From contig JAZOTE010000063.1 in NCBI GenBank assembly GCA_045657485.1, positions 34,006 through 98,005 on the forward strand: 64,000 nt of DNA. The letters are read 5' to 3'. Below the pieces are notes generated by a model that was not told the DNA's origin, did no database searches, and saw only the letters and a list, made by a program, of their open reading frames with translations. The translations under genes and the position numbers were made by a program. How positions within the stretch are numbered: position 1 is the first letter of the stretch; the number at the start of each line of letters is the position of its first letter. Positions 18,414 through 27,474 of the stretch are shown here, piece by piece. The stretch comes from Eubacteriales bacterium. Lineage in GTDB: Bacteria; Bacillota; Clostridia; Oscillospirales; CAG-272.

Positions 18414-18494
18414 TGCTTTCGCACAGCAGAGAACTGGGCATCCGCTTTAGCTTAGAGAGAGCGCGTCAAAGGTTGCTTTCGCACAGCAGAGAAC
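18414..18494 (+). repeat. two copies of a 21-nt motif TGCTTTCGCACAGCAGAGAAC spaced exactly 60 bp apart
   Basis: Copy 1 is at 18414-18434 and copy 2 at 18474-18494, and they are identical. Copy 2 runs into AGCAG...CTGCT + TTTTTT (18506-18512), a weak terminator after tatD. Confidence 0.85.
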
Positions 18495-18575
18495 GGAGCA
18501 CCTGCTTTTTTTGAATTAAAAAACATATTAAAAACAACAAAACGAGAAATATCAAAGATAAAAACGAGGTAGAAT

Positions 18576-19421
18576 ATGAAAATTACTATTTTAGGTTCAG
18601 GAGGCGGCGAGGGTTTTCCCGCGGCGTTCTGCTCTTGCGATCACTGTAATATGGTGCGTCGCGCGGGTGGAAAAAGCTTGCGTACTCTTTCTCAGACTCT
18701 TATAAACGACGATCTTATGATAGATCTTCCTCCGGACAGCGCTTGGCATTCCGTCCGTTTCGGTGTGAATTTTGGCGACATAGCCGATTTTCTGATCACC
18801 CATACTCACTCAGATCATTTTGATACCTATCTTCTTCGCCATCATGGGATATGGTACGCTCATAATATGAAATATCCGAATATAAACGTATACGGCTCAT
18901 CCGACGTACGTTTCGTATTCGATAAGGTCGCTGAGGCATACGGTGGAGTAAATTCCGCGATTGCCGAATCCGTACATATAAAGGAAATATCGGCGTATGA
19001 AACACGCGCTGTCGGTAAATACAGCGTAACAGCGCTGCCGGCTAAGCACGCGCCAAAGCTCGTGGCTCTGAACTACGTAATCAAGGAAAACGGCAAGGTG
19101 CTCGTTTATTTACACGATACCGGTTTTCCGGGACAAGAAATACTTGATTTCATTAAGAAAAACTTTGGCAGAGTTGACTGCGTTATGATGGATGCGACTA
19201 TGGGTACCGCCAACACACCGGATACGGCTAACCATATGTGCTTTGACCAGGATAAGCGTCTGGGAGTCCTTCTTCGCGAGATGGGCATAGCGGACGAAAA
19301 GACCGTTCTGGTGGTCAATCACTTCACTCATAACAACGCGGAAACTCACGATAGGATAGAGGAGATTTTTGCCGGCACGGGAATAATTCCCACATACGAC
19401 GGAATGGTTATTGAGATATGA
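18576..19421 (+). CDS. MBL-fold metallo-hydrolase, PhnP-like
   Basis: 281 aa with the HxHxDH motif ITHTHSDHF and an N-terminal Cys cluster CSCDHC, as in PhnP/PqqB-type beta-lactamase-fold phosphodiesterases. Confidence 0.75.
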   Translation: MKITILGSGGGEGFPAAFCSCDHCNMVRRAGGKSLRTLSQTLINDDLMIDLPPDSAWHSVRFGVNFGDIADFLITHTHSDHFDTYLLRHHGIWYAHNMKYPNINVYGSSDVRFVFDKVAEAYGGVNSAIAESVHIKEISAYETRAVGKYSVTALPAKHAPKLVALNYVIKENGKVLVYLHDTGFPGQEILDFIKKNFGRVDCVMMDATMGTANTPDTANHMCFDQDKRLGVLLREMGIADEKTVLVVNHFTHNNAETHDRIEEIFAGTGIIPTYDGMVIEI

Positions 19422-20044
19422 CCAAATCAATGTGCATTACTTATTTCGTAGAGGACAGCCTTTACGTCAATATTACTAACCGTTGCTCTAACAGATGCGA
19501 TTTCTGTATTCGCAACAACGGCGACGGCGCCTACGGCTCTGAGAGTCTTTGGCTTTTACGTGAGCCGACTTCCGACGAGGTGCTCGATTCGATTTTTTCA
19601 CGTGATCTTACCGCGATAAAGGAGCTCGTTTTTTGTGGCTACGGCGAACCGTCGTATCGGTTGTATGACGCCAGAAAAATCGCCTTGGCTGTAAAAGAAC
19701 GGTATCCGGAACTCAGAATACGTATAAATACCAACGGTCAGTCGGATCTTATTCTCGGCTGTAGCACGGCGCATCTTTACGAGGGAGCCTTCGATACCGT
19801 TTCGATAAGCCTTAACAGTCCGCACCCCGACGAATATGACAGAATATGTCACAGCAAATACGGAGTCTTGGCATTTCCTTCTATTCTTTCGTTTGCTTCC
19901 GAGGTAAAAAAATACGTTCCCGATACCCGTTTTTCCGTTGTCAGCGAGTTTATTTCTTCGGAGGATATTCTTGAGTGTCGCAGAATAGCCGATGAACTTG
20001 GTGTCACTCTCCGCGTTCGCGACTACATCCCTCCCGCGCCCTGA
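19418..20044 (+). CDS. small radical SAM protein (TatD-associated family, as I recall TIGR04038)
   Basis: 208 aa with the CxxxCxxC motif CSNRCDFC and GYGEP. Its start overlaps the MBL stop (ATGA). Confidence 0.75.
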   Translation: MTKSMCITYFVEDSLYVNITNRCSNRCDFCIRNNGDGAYGSESLWLLREPTSDEVLDSIFSRDLTAIKELVFCGYGEPSYRLYDARKIALAVKERYPELRIRINTNGQSDLILGCSTAHLYEGAFDTVSISLNSPHPDEYDRICHSKYGVLAFPSILSFASEVKKYVPDTRFSVVSEFISSEDILECRRIADELGVTLRVRDYIPPAP

Positions 20045-21158
20045 CGCTTGTGTAGGTTGACGTGCCGTAGCATGAATTGTACATCATCAGATAAGAGATC
20101 GGAACCCTCATAATATCAAAGCTTATTCCCATAAAGCCATACTCGTGCACAGTATCGAGTGTGGCTTTTATTATTTTCAGAGATGGTAGAGATACGGTTC
20201 CGTTCTTTTTATCCGAAAATTCTAAATTTCCGCTGTCCTCTTTGTAGCCGAGTGGGCATCCGTGCTGTCGTGCTCTTTTAACAGCCTCGTCAACCGTAAT
20301 GTATTTGTCGTCGGTGGCTGCAAAGCAGGGAAGCTCAACGAAGGTTCTGGAGCTTTCCTTGGTGGCGGCGTATTGTTTGTATGCGTCTATCAGATAACCG
20401 CAGCTACAGCCGTTCGCCCCTATCAGAATGCTTCCGTCGGCGTATTCGCTCATATACGCCGGACTGTTTTCCGTGACTTCGGTTATGAGTATCAGGTCGC
20501 AGCCGATCATTTTCTTTCTCATATCGACCAGCAGCTCCACCGGAGGAATAAAGCCGCCGAGTGTTACACCCTTGTAGCTTCCTATTATCGCTTGATTTAT
20601 TATATCGTCAATAAGAGCCTGACTTTCTTTCGCGCTTATATCACGGCTTGGTGTTTTATTATATACACGCATCAGGGGAATTTTATCCGCGCTTCTCGCT
20701 ATCCCTACGGCGTCGCGCCCGTCAAACAGACGGTTCAAACGCCCATCCTCTGCGGTGCGGCAGCTTACCGTAACGTAAGTAAGGTAGGATAGCTTTTTAG
20801 TCAGCTCATCAGGAGAGCATCCGACGTGATAATAACCGTTGGCTGCTGCCATTCCGTAGCTTCTCTGATCATACTTCAGAGCGAGTATTCTCCCCGGAAT
20901 AAGCCCTTCATCTTCTATTCTTGGGTTCATAGCTATAATATCCCGTCTTCTTAACCCGAATCTGAGAGCAAGCCTTTCCGCTGTGTCGCCTCGCCGTACG
21001 GTATAGGTTCTGGTAGGCGTGAGCACGAGCAGCTCCTCACCCTCAGCGCATTCGCCTGTGTCAATACCGTTGTTCATTCTCAGCACGTCCTCGTCTACGC
21101 CGTATTCCTTTGCAATATCCTTTATTTTTTCATTTTGTTTAACAGTATGTATTCGCAT
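20004..21158 (-). CDS. 2xLysM + GH18-like domain protein (YaaH/SleL-like spore cortex protein, catalytic motif apparently degenerate)
   Basis: 384 aa. Two N-terminal LysM repeats (HTVKQNEKIKDIAKEYGV...; YTVRRGDTAERLALRFGL...). The remainder resembles a GH18 barrel, but where DxDxE/DFE is expected I read GVTLGGF. Confidence 0.6.
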   Translation of the reverse strand: MRIHTVKQNEKIKDIAKEYGVDEDVLRMNNGIDTGECAEGEELLVLTPTRTYTVRRGDTAERLALRFGLRRRDIIAMNPRIEDEGLIPGRILALKYDQRSYGMAAANGYYHVGCSPDELTKKLSYLTYVTVSCRTAEDGRLNRLFDGRDAVGIARSADKIPLMRVYNKTPSRDISAKESQALIDDIINQAIIGSYKGVTLGGFIPPVELLVDMRKKMIGCDLILITEVTENSPAYMSEYADGSILIGANGCSCGYLIDAYKQYAATKESSRTFVELPCFAATDDKYITVDEAVKRARQHGCPLGYKEDSGNLEFSDKKNGTVSLPSLKIIKATLDTVHEYGFMGISFDIMRVPISYLMMYNSCYGTSTYTSVRAREGCSRERGE

Positions 21159-21339
21159 ATAATTACTCCGTTTTTTTATTCATTATATGTATCATACCAT
21201 TATTTGACCGGCAACAAGGGTCGAACTTTGCGGATGCGTTAAATATTTTGTTTTTAAAAAATACTATTGAAAAAGGAACGGTAATGTGATAAAATAAATC
21301 GGAAATATATTTTTATCAGACATCTCAAGGAGAGCACAT

Positions 21340-22668
21340 ATGTTTTTCAAACCTTTTCCTGTTCCTAAAGCTCCGGCTATTCCCGACAGATCGGTCAGTA
21401 TTCTTGATTTCGGAGCAAAACCCGGAGAGAAAATAACCTTGGCGGTATCAGCCGCGATTTCATCGCTGTCCGCGCTTGGCGGAGGCAGGGTTGTCGTGCC
21501 GGAGGGCGAGTGGATTTGCGGAGCTATCCATCTTCGCAGCAATATAGAGCTGCATTTCAGCGAGGGAGCACGCGTTATCTTCTCCGACGAACCGGAGGAT
21601 TATCTTCCTATCGTTTACACGGTTTACGAGGGTATCAGATGCTATAACTATTCACCGCTGATCTACGGTCGCGATCTTACCGATGTAGCTATAACCGGTA
21701 AGGGCGTGCTCGACGGAAACGGAGAATTTTGGTGGAAATGGGCGAAGAACCTTACCGCCCGCAATATTCTTTACGGCGGTGAGTTAAAGGTTGAGGATCG
21801 CAGATTCGGTACTAAGGAGTACGGCTTGCGTCCGATGTTCCTTCAGCTTCTATCTTGCAGAAACGTGCTTATTGAGGGCATAACTCTCAACAATTCACCC
21901 TGCTGGACGGTTCACCCGGTGTGGTGTGAAGACGTGATTGTACGCGATGTAACCGTGGAGAATCCAACCATATCTCCCAATACCGACGGTATAAATATCG
22001 AGTCCTGCAACCGCGTAATAGTAGAGGATTGCACCGTTGTAACGACCGGTGACGATATGTACTGCTTGAAGGCGGGACGCAACGAGGACGCCTGGGAGGT
22101 TGGCATTCCCTGCGAGAACGTTATCATTCGCCGTTGCCGTTCTCTTGGACCGTCTATGAGCGGCGGAGTAGTCGTAGGCAGCGAGATGTCAGCCTCGGTC
22201 AGAAATATTCTGGCGGAGGACTGCGATTTCGGTCACAACTACAACTGCATACGCATAAAGTCAAAGGATGGCAGAGGCGGTGTGGTTGAGAATATCGATT
22301 ACCGTAATATCCATATGAGTCAGGGTATGAGAGGCATAAATATATCGTATCGCTACAGCTGCGAGGCGTGTGACGAGGCAAAGGAGCCTGGTAAGTATAT
22401 GCCGATAGTTCGTAATATCAGCTTTGACAACATCGTTTGCGACAGCTTGAATTCGGGCATTACTATGGAGAATCTGCAGGGCGGAGTTATGGACAATCTT
22501 TATTTCAGCAATATAAATATGCGCGCGAAAACCTGTATAAGCGCGGATTCCGTAAGCGCTCTTCACTTTGACAACGTTAATATAACCGAGGATAAGTCTG
22601 CCGGAGCAGATCCCTCGAAGAGCGAAAAGGCGAGAATCTTCGTTATTCCGGACTATATAGCCGAATAA
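21340..22668 (+). CDS. glycoside hydrolase family 28 (polygalacturonase-like)
   Basis: 442 aa with the GH28 signature blocks NSPCWTVHP, NTDGINIESC, TGDDMYCLKAG and CIRIKS. Confidence 0.88.
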   Translation: MFFKPFPVPKAPAIPDRSVSILDFGAKPGEKITLAVSAAISSLSALGGGRVVVPEGEWICGAIHLRSNIELHFSEGARVIFSDEPEDYLPIVYTVYEGIRCYNYSPLIYGRDLTDVAITGKGVLDGNGEFWWKWAKNLTARNILYGGELKVEDRRFGTKEYGLRPMFLQLLSCRNVLIEGITLNNSPCWTVHPVWCEDVIVRDVTVENPTISPNTDGINIESCNRVIVEDCTVVTTGDDMYCLKAGRNEDAWEVGIPCENVIIRRCRSLGPSMSGGVVVGSEMSASVRNILAEDCDFGHNYNCIRIKSKDGRGGVVENIDYRNIHMSQGMRGINISYRYSCEACDEAKEPGKYMPIVRNISFDNIVCDSLNSGITMENLQGGVMDNLYFSNINMRAKTCISADSVSALHFDNVNITEDKSAGADPSKSEKARIFVIPDYIAE

Positions 22669-22692
22669 AAGCAGATCGCATAATATAATAAT

Positions 22693-22731
22693 AAAGCAGT
22701 CCCTGATCATCATCGGTCAACGGACTGCTTT
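22693..22731. terminator. hairpin terminator between convergent GH28 and histidine-kinase genes
   Basis: AAAGCAGTCC-19 nt-GGACTGCTTT, flanked by T/A-rich runs on both sides. Confidence 0.6.
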
Positions 22732-22818
22732 ATTTGCGTTTATTAACTCGGAACCCCGGCGCTGACCGTCCGTTCGGGACGTCACGCTGATACCTAATGT
22801 ATTTTCTTTTCGACCGCA

Positions 22819-24033
22819 TTAAACGGCGTGAATAGGAAGATAAACCTTTATTTTAAAGTGATGCGTTCCTCCGCTTACGGCAAATATCTTTCCACCATGG
22901 GAGCTAACTATAGCCTCCGCTATAGATAAACCGATACCGTGACCTCCGCTTTTTGAATTTCTTGACGGATCGGCGCGGTAAAATCTGTCGAAAATACGTG
23001 GCAGCATTTCTCTTTCTATTACGTACTCCGTACTGTTTTCCACAGTCAGCAGAGCCGCTTTGCCGTATTTTGAGAGAGTAACGTTTATCTCGCTGTTTTT
23101 CGGGGAGTACTTAACGGCGTTATCCATAAGTATAGATACAAGGTGGGATATGGATCTCATATCGCCGTTCATCGAAAAAAGCGGCGCTATAACCTTATTT
23201 ATAACCTTTCCGTCGGCTTTCGCGGGAACGTCAAACAGCTCGCACGCTTCCTTGACGACCTCAGACAGCGGGAAATCCACCTTTATTTCGTTTCTTATCT
23301 CCTCACCCATTTTAGACAGCATTATCAGGTCGTTTGTCAGAGTGGTAAGTCTGGCGGTCTGCTGCTTTATATCGACGAGTGCCTCGTTGTCCTCCATATC
23401 CATCATCAGCAAGTCAACGTTTGCGTTGATTACCGACAGAGGCGTTTTTATCTCGTGACCCGCATCGGTTATAAATCGTTTTTGCTTTTCGTAGCTTTCC
23501 GATATCGGTCGCAATATCCTTTTTGCAAGTACGGATATCAACGTCAGAGCCAGAGAAAAGGTTGACGCGGCTATTATGGTGCTCGTTAATATGAACGTAG
23601 CGACTATCGCGTGTATCTGACTGCAGTCCAGCATTATTACGAGCTTGCCCTCAGAAAGCTCGGTTACCGAATATCTGAAATCCGATAGAAAACCGTTTTT
23701 TGTTTTATTGGAGATTTCCTCAGCCATCCGCAAACCGTCGTTGTCGCTGATCGAGGGAAGCCTGGAGGTGTCTATTTCCTTCACCTGACCGTCGTGTCCG
23801 ATCATAACGAAGAAATACCTATAACCAAAGCTGTCGTACTCTGTATTCTGCGGAGGTGGAATTGTGTTATTTGGAGATATGTATTCGTGCAGCGCAAATT
23901 CCAGCGTTTTGTCCGCATCCCTAATAAGCGAGCGGTAAGCGAATATATTAACGCCTATTACCGTCAGCGTCAGCAGTATCAGCAGAGCGATACCGGACAG
24001 CAGGATCATTTTGACCTTGAGCTTCCGTATCAT
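22819..24033 (-). CDS. two-component sensor histidine kinase
   Basis: 404 aa with two TM segments, H-box FITDAGHEIKTPLS, N-box MDNAVKYSP and G-boxes GGHGIGLSIA. Confidence 0.9.
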   Translation of the reverse strand: MIRKLKVKMILLSGIALLILLTLTVIGVNIFAYRSLIRDADKTLEFALHEYISPNNTIPPPQNTEYDSFGYRYFFVMIGHDGQVKEIDTSRLPSISDNDGLRMAEEISNKTKNGFLSDFRYSVTELSEGKLVIMLDCSQIHAIVATFILTSTIIAASTFSLALTLISVLAKRILRPISESYEKQKRFITDAGHEIKTPLSVINANVDLLMMDMEDNEALVDIKQQTARLTTLTNDLIMLSKMGEEIRNEIKVDFPLSEVVKEACELFDVPAKADGKVINKVIAPLFSMNGDMRSISHLVSILMDNAVKYSPKNSEINVTLSKYGKAALLTVENSTEYVIEREMLPRIFDRFYRADPSRNSKSGGHGIGLSIAEAIVSSHGGKIFAVSGGTHHFKIKVYLPIHAV

Positions 24034-24701
24034 TACTTTTCCTCCAGAGAATAGCCTGCGTTTCGCATAGATTTGATCTCTACGTTAGCGGACAGCATCG
24101 AGAGCTTCTTTCTTAAGTAAGAAATATAAACCCATACCACACTTATTTCCGATTCGCTGTCATAGCCCCAGATTTTTTCCATAAACTTTTCGGTGGAGAT
24201 CAGCTGCTTTGGATTTATCATAAGCATTTCCATCATTTGATATTCCTTGTTTGCCAGCCTGAATTCTCCGCTAGGCGTCATAAGCTGATAGGTAGCTCTG
24301 TCCAGTACGACGTTTCCATAGCTTATTCTGGAATCCGCAGCGTCCTTGCCTCTGGTGATCGCTCTCAGCGCGGCGAGCAGCTCTCTCGAATCAAAGGGCT
24401 TTGTAAGGTAGTAATTTGCGCCCGCGTCCAGTCCTGCAACCTTATCCTCTATTTCGGATTTCGCGGTAAGTATTATCACGGGTATATTGTTTTTGGCTCC
24501 GCGAATCCTACGCAGAACCTCCAATCCATCTAATTTTGGCATCATAATATCAAGAACGGCGACGTCATAATCCCCAACATGCAGGTAGTTGAGCGCGTCC
24601 TCGCCGTTATAAACCGCATCGGCTGAGTAATTGCTCTTTTCAAATATTTTTACTATTGCTTTTGCCAGCGGTATTTCGTCCTCTGCAACGAGTATTCTCA
24701 T
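24033..24701 (-). CDS. OmpR-family response regulator
   Basis: 222 aa with a receiver domain (DVAVLDIMMPKLDG, LTAK) and a winged-helix C-terminus (LRKKL...IKSMRNAGYSL). Its stop overlaps the kinase start (TAATG). Confidence 0.92.
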   Translation of the reverse strand: MRILVAEDEIPLAKAIVKIFEKSNYSADAVYNGEDALNYLHVGDYDVAVLDIMMPKLDGLEVLRRIRGAKNNIPVIILTAKSEIEDKVAGLDAGANYYLTKPFDSRELLAALRAITRGKDAADSRISYGNVVLDRATYQLMTPSGEFRLANKEYQMMEMLMINPKQLISTEKFMEKIWGYDSESEISVVWVYISYLRKKLSMLSANVEIKSMRNAGYSLEEK

Positions 24702-24849
24702 TTTGTATCTCCCGTCTGATAGAGTTATATATAAATTTTATCATATAAGCTGAAAAAAATCAAGAAGCGCCGCTCAATTGCCGAATTAAGCAGCGTTTAA
24801 TAGGGTGTGCGTCCGATTTCCTATTTTACGTAATAAAGCTTAAATATAC

Positions 24850-24880
24850 GTAAAAAGCCCGACTGAATCTCTCAGTCGGG
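24850..24880 (-). terminator. rho-independent terminator after queT
   Basis: Minus strand CCCGACTGAgagatTCAGTCGGG followed by CTTTTTAC. Confidence 0.8.
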
Positions 24881-24911
24881 CAGAGCGTTTAATAAACGTA
24901 AATGCTCACTG

Positions 24912-25415
24912 TCAGCGGTCGGTTTTTTGATAAACTCCCGATCTTATCATCAGATAATAAAGGGCAGTGCCTCCGATTCCCGCGCAGACTGCCTCTCCGA
25001 TTCCGACGGTAAGCGCGATAAACCAATACGCCTCCACTGAGCCGTATGCGAGTATGATCACTCCCGGTACGATAAGCGTATTTGCAAGGACGGTGGGCAG
25101 AGTTGCTAAAAAGATAAGCTTGTTGGGAAGCCGCCGCATCATTCTCGCGCCTAAAGCGCCGATCAACGTGGCTATACTGCCGAATATAACGTCCCAGATG
25201 TTTCCGCCGGCGATGAGATTTGAGAGTATACATCCGATGAACAGACCCGGCGTCGCCTCCGGTATAAATACCGGCAGTATGCACATCGCCTCGGATACCC
25301 GCAACTGTATCGCTCCGCTTGAAAGACCTATAACCGAGCACAGCCAGGTCAACGCAACGTACATAGAGCCTATCATAGCTCCGCGAGTCGTGTAGAGAAG
25401 TGCGTTTCTTTTCAT
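24912..25415 (-). CDS. queT: queuosine-precursor transporter QueT (ECF S-component-like)
   Basis: 167 aa, five or six TM helices, N-terminus TTRGAMIGSMYVALTW...IQLRVSEA typical of the QueT/COG4708 family. Confidence 0.8.
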   Translation of the reverse strand: MKRNALLYTTRGAMIGSMYVALTWLCSVIGLSSGAIQLRVSEAMCILPVFIPEATPGLFIGCILSNLIAGGNIWDVIFGSIATLIGALGARMMRRLPNKLIFLATLPTVLANTLIVPGVIILAYGSVEAYWFIALTVGIGEAVCAGIGGTALYYLMIRSGVYQKTDR

Positions 25416-25419
25416 ATTA

Positions 25420-25484
25420 AATTCTCCTTTAGTTTTGTTTTTTCACTCAAAAGAGCTTGGTGAGGAAGGTTTCGAACTCACCGA
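25420..25484 (-). ncRNA. candidate preQ1-type riboswitch leader of queT
   Basis: Leader RNA: GGUGAG-UUCGAAACCUUC-CUCACC-AAGCUCUUUUGAGUG-AAAAAACAAAACUAAAGGAG-N8-AUG. It has a 6-bp P1 with a 12-nt loop starting UUC, and an A-rich tail ending CUAAAGGAG, as in my memory of preQ1-I. Loop CCUU can pair with AAGG of the SD. A ~15-nt mini-hairpin insertion is atypical. Confidence 0.45.
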
Positions 25485-25489
25485 CGAAC

Positions 25490-25518
25490 ATTATATCATA
25501 CGGATAGAAGAAAATCAA
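25490..25518 (-). promoter_or_regulatory. sigmaA promoter for queT
   Basis: Minus strand TTGATT-17 nt-TATAAT. Confidence 0.7.
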
Positions 25519-25673
25519 TACCGTTTTTAGATTATCCGTATGCTTTACCCGTTTTTGAGTTGCGTATTACATCGTGGATTTTTGTAGCGTTAATGCTACG
25601 CTCGCAGTATAATGAAATAAAACGAAACAGAGTGGAGATCGTATTGGAAGTTTTACTTGTAGGTGAACATAAG

Positions 25674-26237
25674 ATGAAGATAGTGCTGAACGAGAGGGAC
25701 GTGAAGGAACTCGGAATAGATATAACCTCGCCTATCCGTGACACTCCAGAATCCAGACGCAGTATGTGGCGAGTGCTGGAGCAGGCAGGGAAGCTATCCG
25801 GCTTTGATCATACCGCGGACAGAATGCTTATACAGATTTATCCGGATAGGAGTAAGGGCTGCGAGCTTTTCGTCACGAGGCTCGGACTTCTTTCAAAGGA
25901 GAGCGCCGGACTCGTATCCTCATCTAAAACCGTAACCGTTTTGTCCAAAGCTACGGTGTGCTACCGCTTCTCGTCAGAAAATAATATGATAGAGGCAATT
26001 CGCGCAATAAAAAAACACCCCTCCGGATTGCTCCCGAAGGGTGACGTTTATTTTGATGGATTGGGCAGCTATTATTTGCTCATAGAGGAAATAGGTAAGT
26101 GCGATAATACACCGGAGCTGCCGCTGGTGCTGGAGTACGGCGACCGTCTGCACCGTGATGCGCCGATTTTTGTAGCCGAGCATTTCACGAAGCTCACGGA
26201 CGGTGATATTATGAAGTACCGCAGTCCTAACGTGTAG
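25674..26237 (+). CDS. MecA-like adaptor protein (putative)
   Basis: 187 aa from ATG 25674 (RBS AGGTGA). The N-terminus MKIVLNERDVKELGIDI...SRRSMWRVLEQA and the C-terminus YYLLIEE...VLEYGDRL...FVAEHFTKL follow the MecA adaptor pattern as I recall it. Confidence 0.5.
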   Translation: MKIVLNERDVKELGIDITSPIRDTPESRRSMWRVLEQAGKLSGFDHTADRMLIQIYPDRSKGCELFVTRLGLLSKESAGLVSSSKTVTVLSKATVCYRFSSENNMIEAIRAIKKHPSGLLPKGDVYFDGLGSYYLLIEEIGKCDNTPELPLVLEYGDRLHRDAPIFVAEHFTKLTDGDIMKYRSPNV

Positions 26238-26303
26238 AGATATTCTCGTTCTGATGCGCAAGAGGATAGATAGTCGCCCCTTGCGCTGTGCTTTTCGTAT
26301 AGC

Positions 26304-26753
26304 TTACTTTTTATCCAGCGCGTTTATCATTCCTACGCGAATAGCGTGGCGACCGCCCTCGAACTCGCCGCCGAGGAATGAGTCAACTATATCGAGAGCC
26401 AGGTGAGTTCCTGTAACTCTCGCGCCTATGCAGAGAACGTTCGCGTCGTTGTGCGCGCGGGTTATTCTCGCGGAGAAGGTATCTCCGCATAGCGCCGCTC
26501 TTATTCCTGCGTGTTTGTTGGCTGTCATAGACATACCTATACCGGTACCGCATATTAGTATTCCAAACGAACCGTCGAGGTCCTTTTGTACTGCCCGACT
26601 TACGATCGAAGCAAATTCCGGATAATGACAGGACGCGGTGGAATTACATCCGTGATCCGTCACAGTGTATCCCAATTCTGTGAGATGTCCCTTTATCAAT
26701 TCCTTGAGTTCAAATCCGGCGCTGTCTGCGCCGATGTGGATCGTTCTTTTCAT
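26304..26753 (-). CDS. rpiB: ribose-5-phosphate isomerase B
   Basis: 149 aa with GADSAGFELK, GILICGTGIGMSMTANK and RAHNDANVLC. Confidence 0.93.
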   Translation of the reverse strand: MKRTIHIGADSAGFELKELIKGHLTELGYTVTDHGCNSTASCHYPEFASIVSRAVQKDLDGSFGILICGTGIGMSMTANKHAGIRAALCGDTFSARITRAHNDANVLCIGARVTGTHLALDIVDSFLGGEFEGGRHAIRVGMINALDKK

Positions 26754-26757
26754 ATTA

Positions 26758-27474
26758 TTACACCTGCTTAATATTATTTTCTTTTTCCAGTCTTTCTCTT
26801 TCGGCTTGGGGGAGTCTTAAATACGTTGGAGTAAGATTTGAATCCGATATGGCTTCGCCCCGCTCAAAGTATCTTTTTCCCACCCTTGCAACAGAGGCGG
26901 CATTCTCTCCAATCAGTATTTCAGGAGTCTTTTCGCATTTTATTCCTCCGGCAGTAAGGGCGGCAGTAGCTACTTCATACCCATCTCCGCATACGTAAAT
27001 ACGTCTGTCTGAGTATTTTTTTAATTCCTCGCACAGCTGAGAGAGGGAAATAGCTCTGTCGGGAGTCAGACGTCTGACGTCGCTTCCGTTACCGTCAAAA
27101 ATTGCGTTATAAACCTGATTTCGCCTCGCGTCCATACAGGGTACGATTATAGCGTCCATAGGACTCAGGTTCTCGGCAAGAGCCTCCAGAGTCGATACGG
27201 CAACGCAGGGAATGTTCTTTCCGAAAGCGAGTCCCTTCACCAGAGCAACGCCTATTCTCACACCTGTAAACGAACCCGGACCGACGGAAACGGCGTATAA
27301 TCCTATATCGTTAAAGGAAAGCTTCAGCGCATTCAGCATATCCTCAGCCATAGGAAGCAGCAGCTCGCTTTGAGTCAGACCGTTATCAACCGTATACAAG
27401 GAAAGGATACGGGCGTCATCAAGTACGGCAACGGACGCGATACGCGCAGTGCCGTCAAATGCCAGAATTTTCAT
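26758..27474 (-). CDS. tsaB: tRNA t6A37 biosynthesis protein TsaB
   Basis: 238 aa with MKILAFDGT, VGPGSFTGVRIGVA and LKGLAFG. Confidence 0.9.
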   Translation of the reverse strand: MKILAFDGTARIASVAVLDDARILSLYTVDNGLTQSELLLPMAEDMLNALKLSFNDIGLYAVSVGPGSFTGVRIGVALVKGLAFGKNIPCVAVSTLEALAENLSPMDAIIVPCMDARRNQVYNAIFDGNGSDVRRLTPDRAISLSQLCEELKKYSDRRIYVCGDGYEVATAALTAGGIKCEKTPEILIGENAASVARVGKRYFERGEAISDSNLTPTYLRLPQAERERLEKENNIKQV

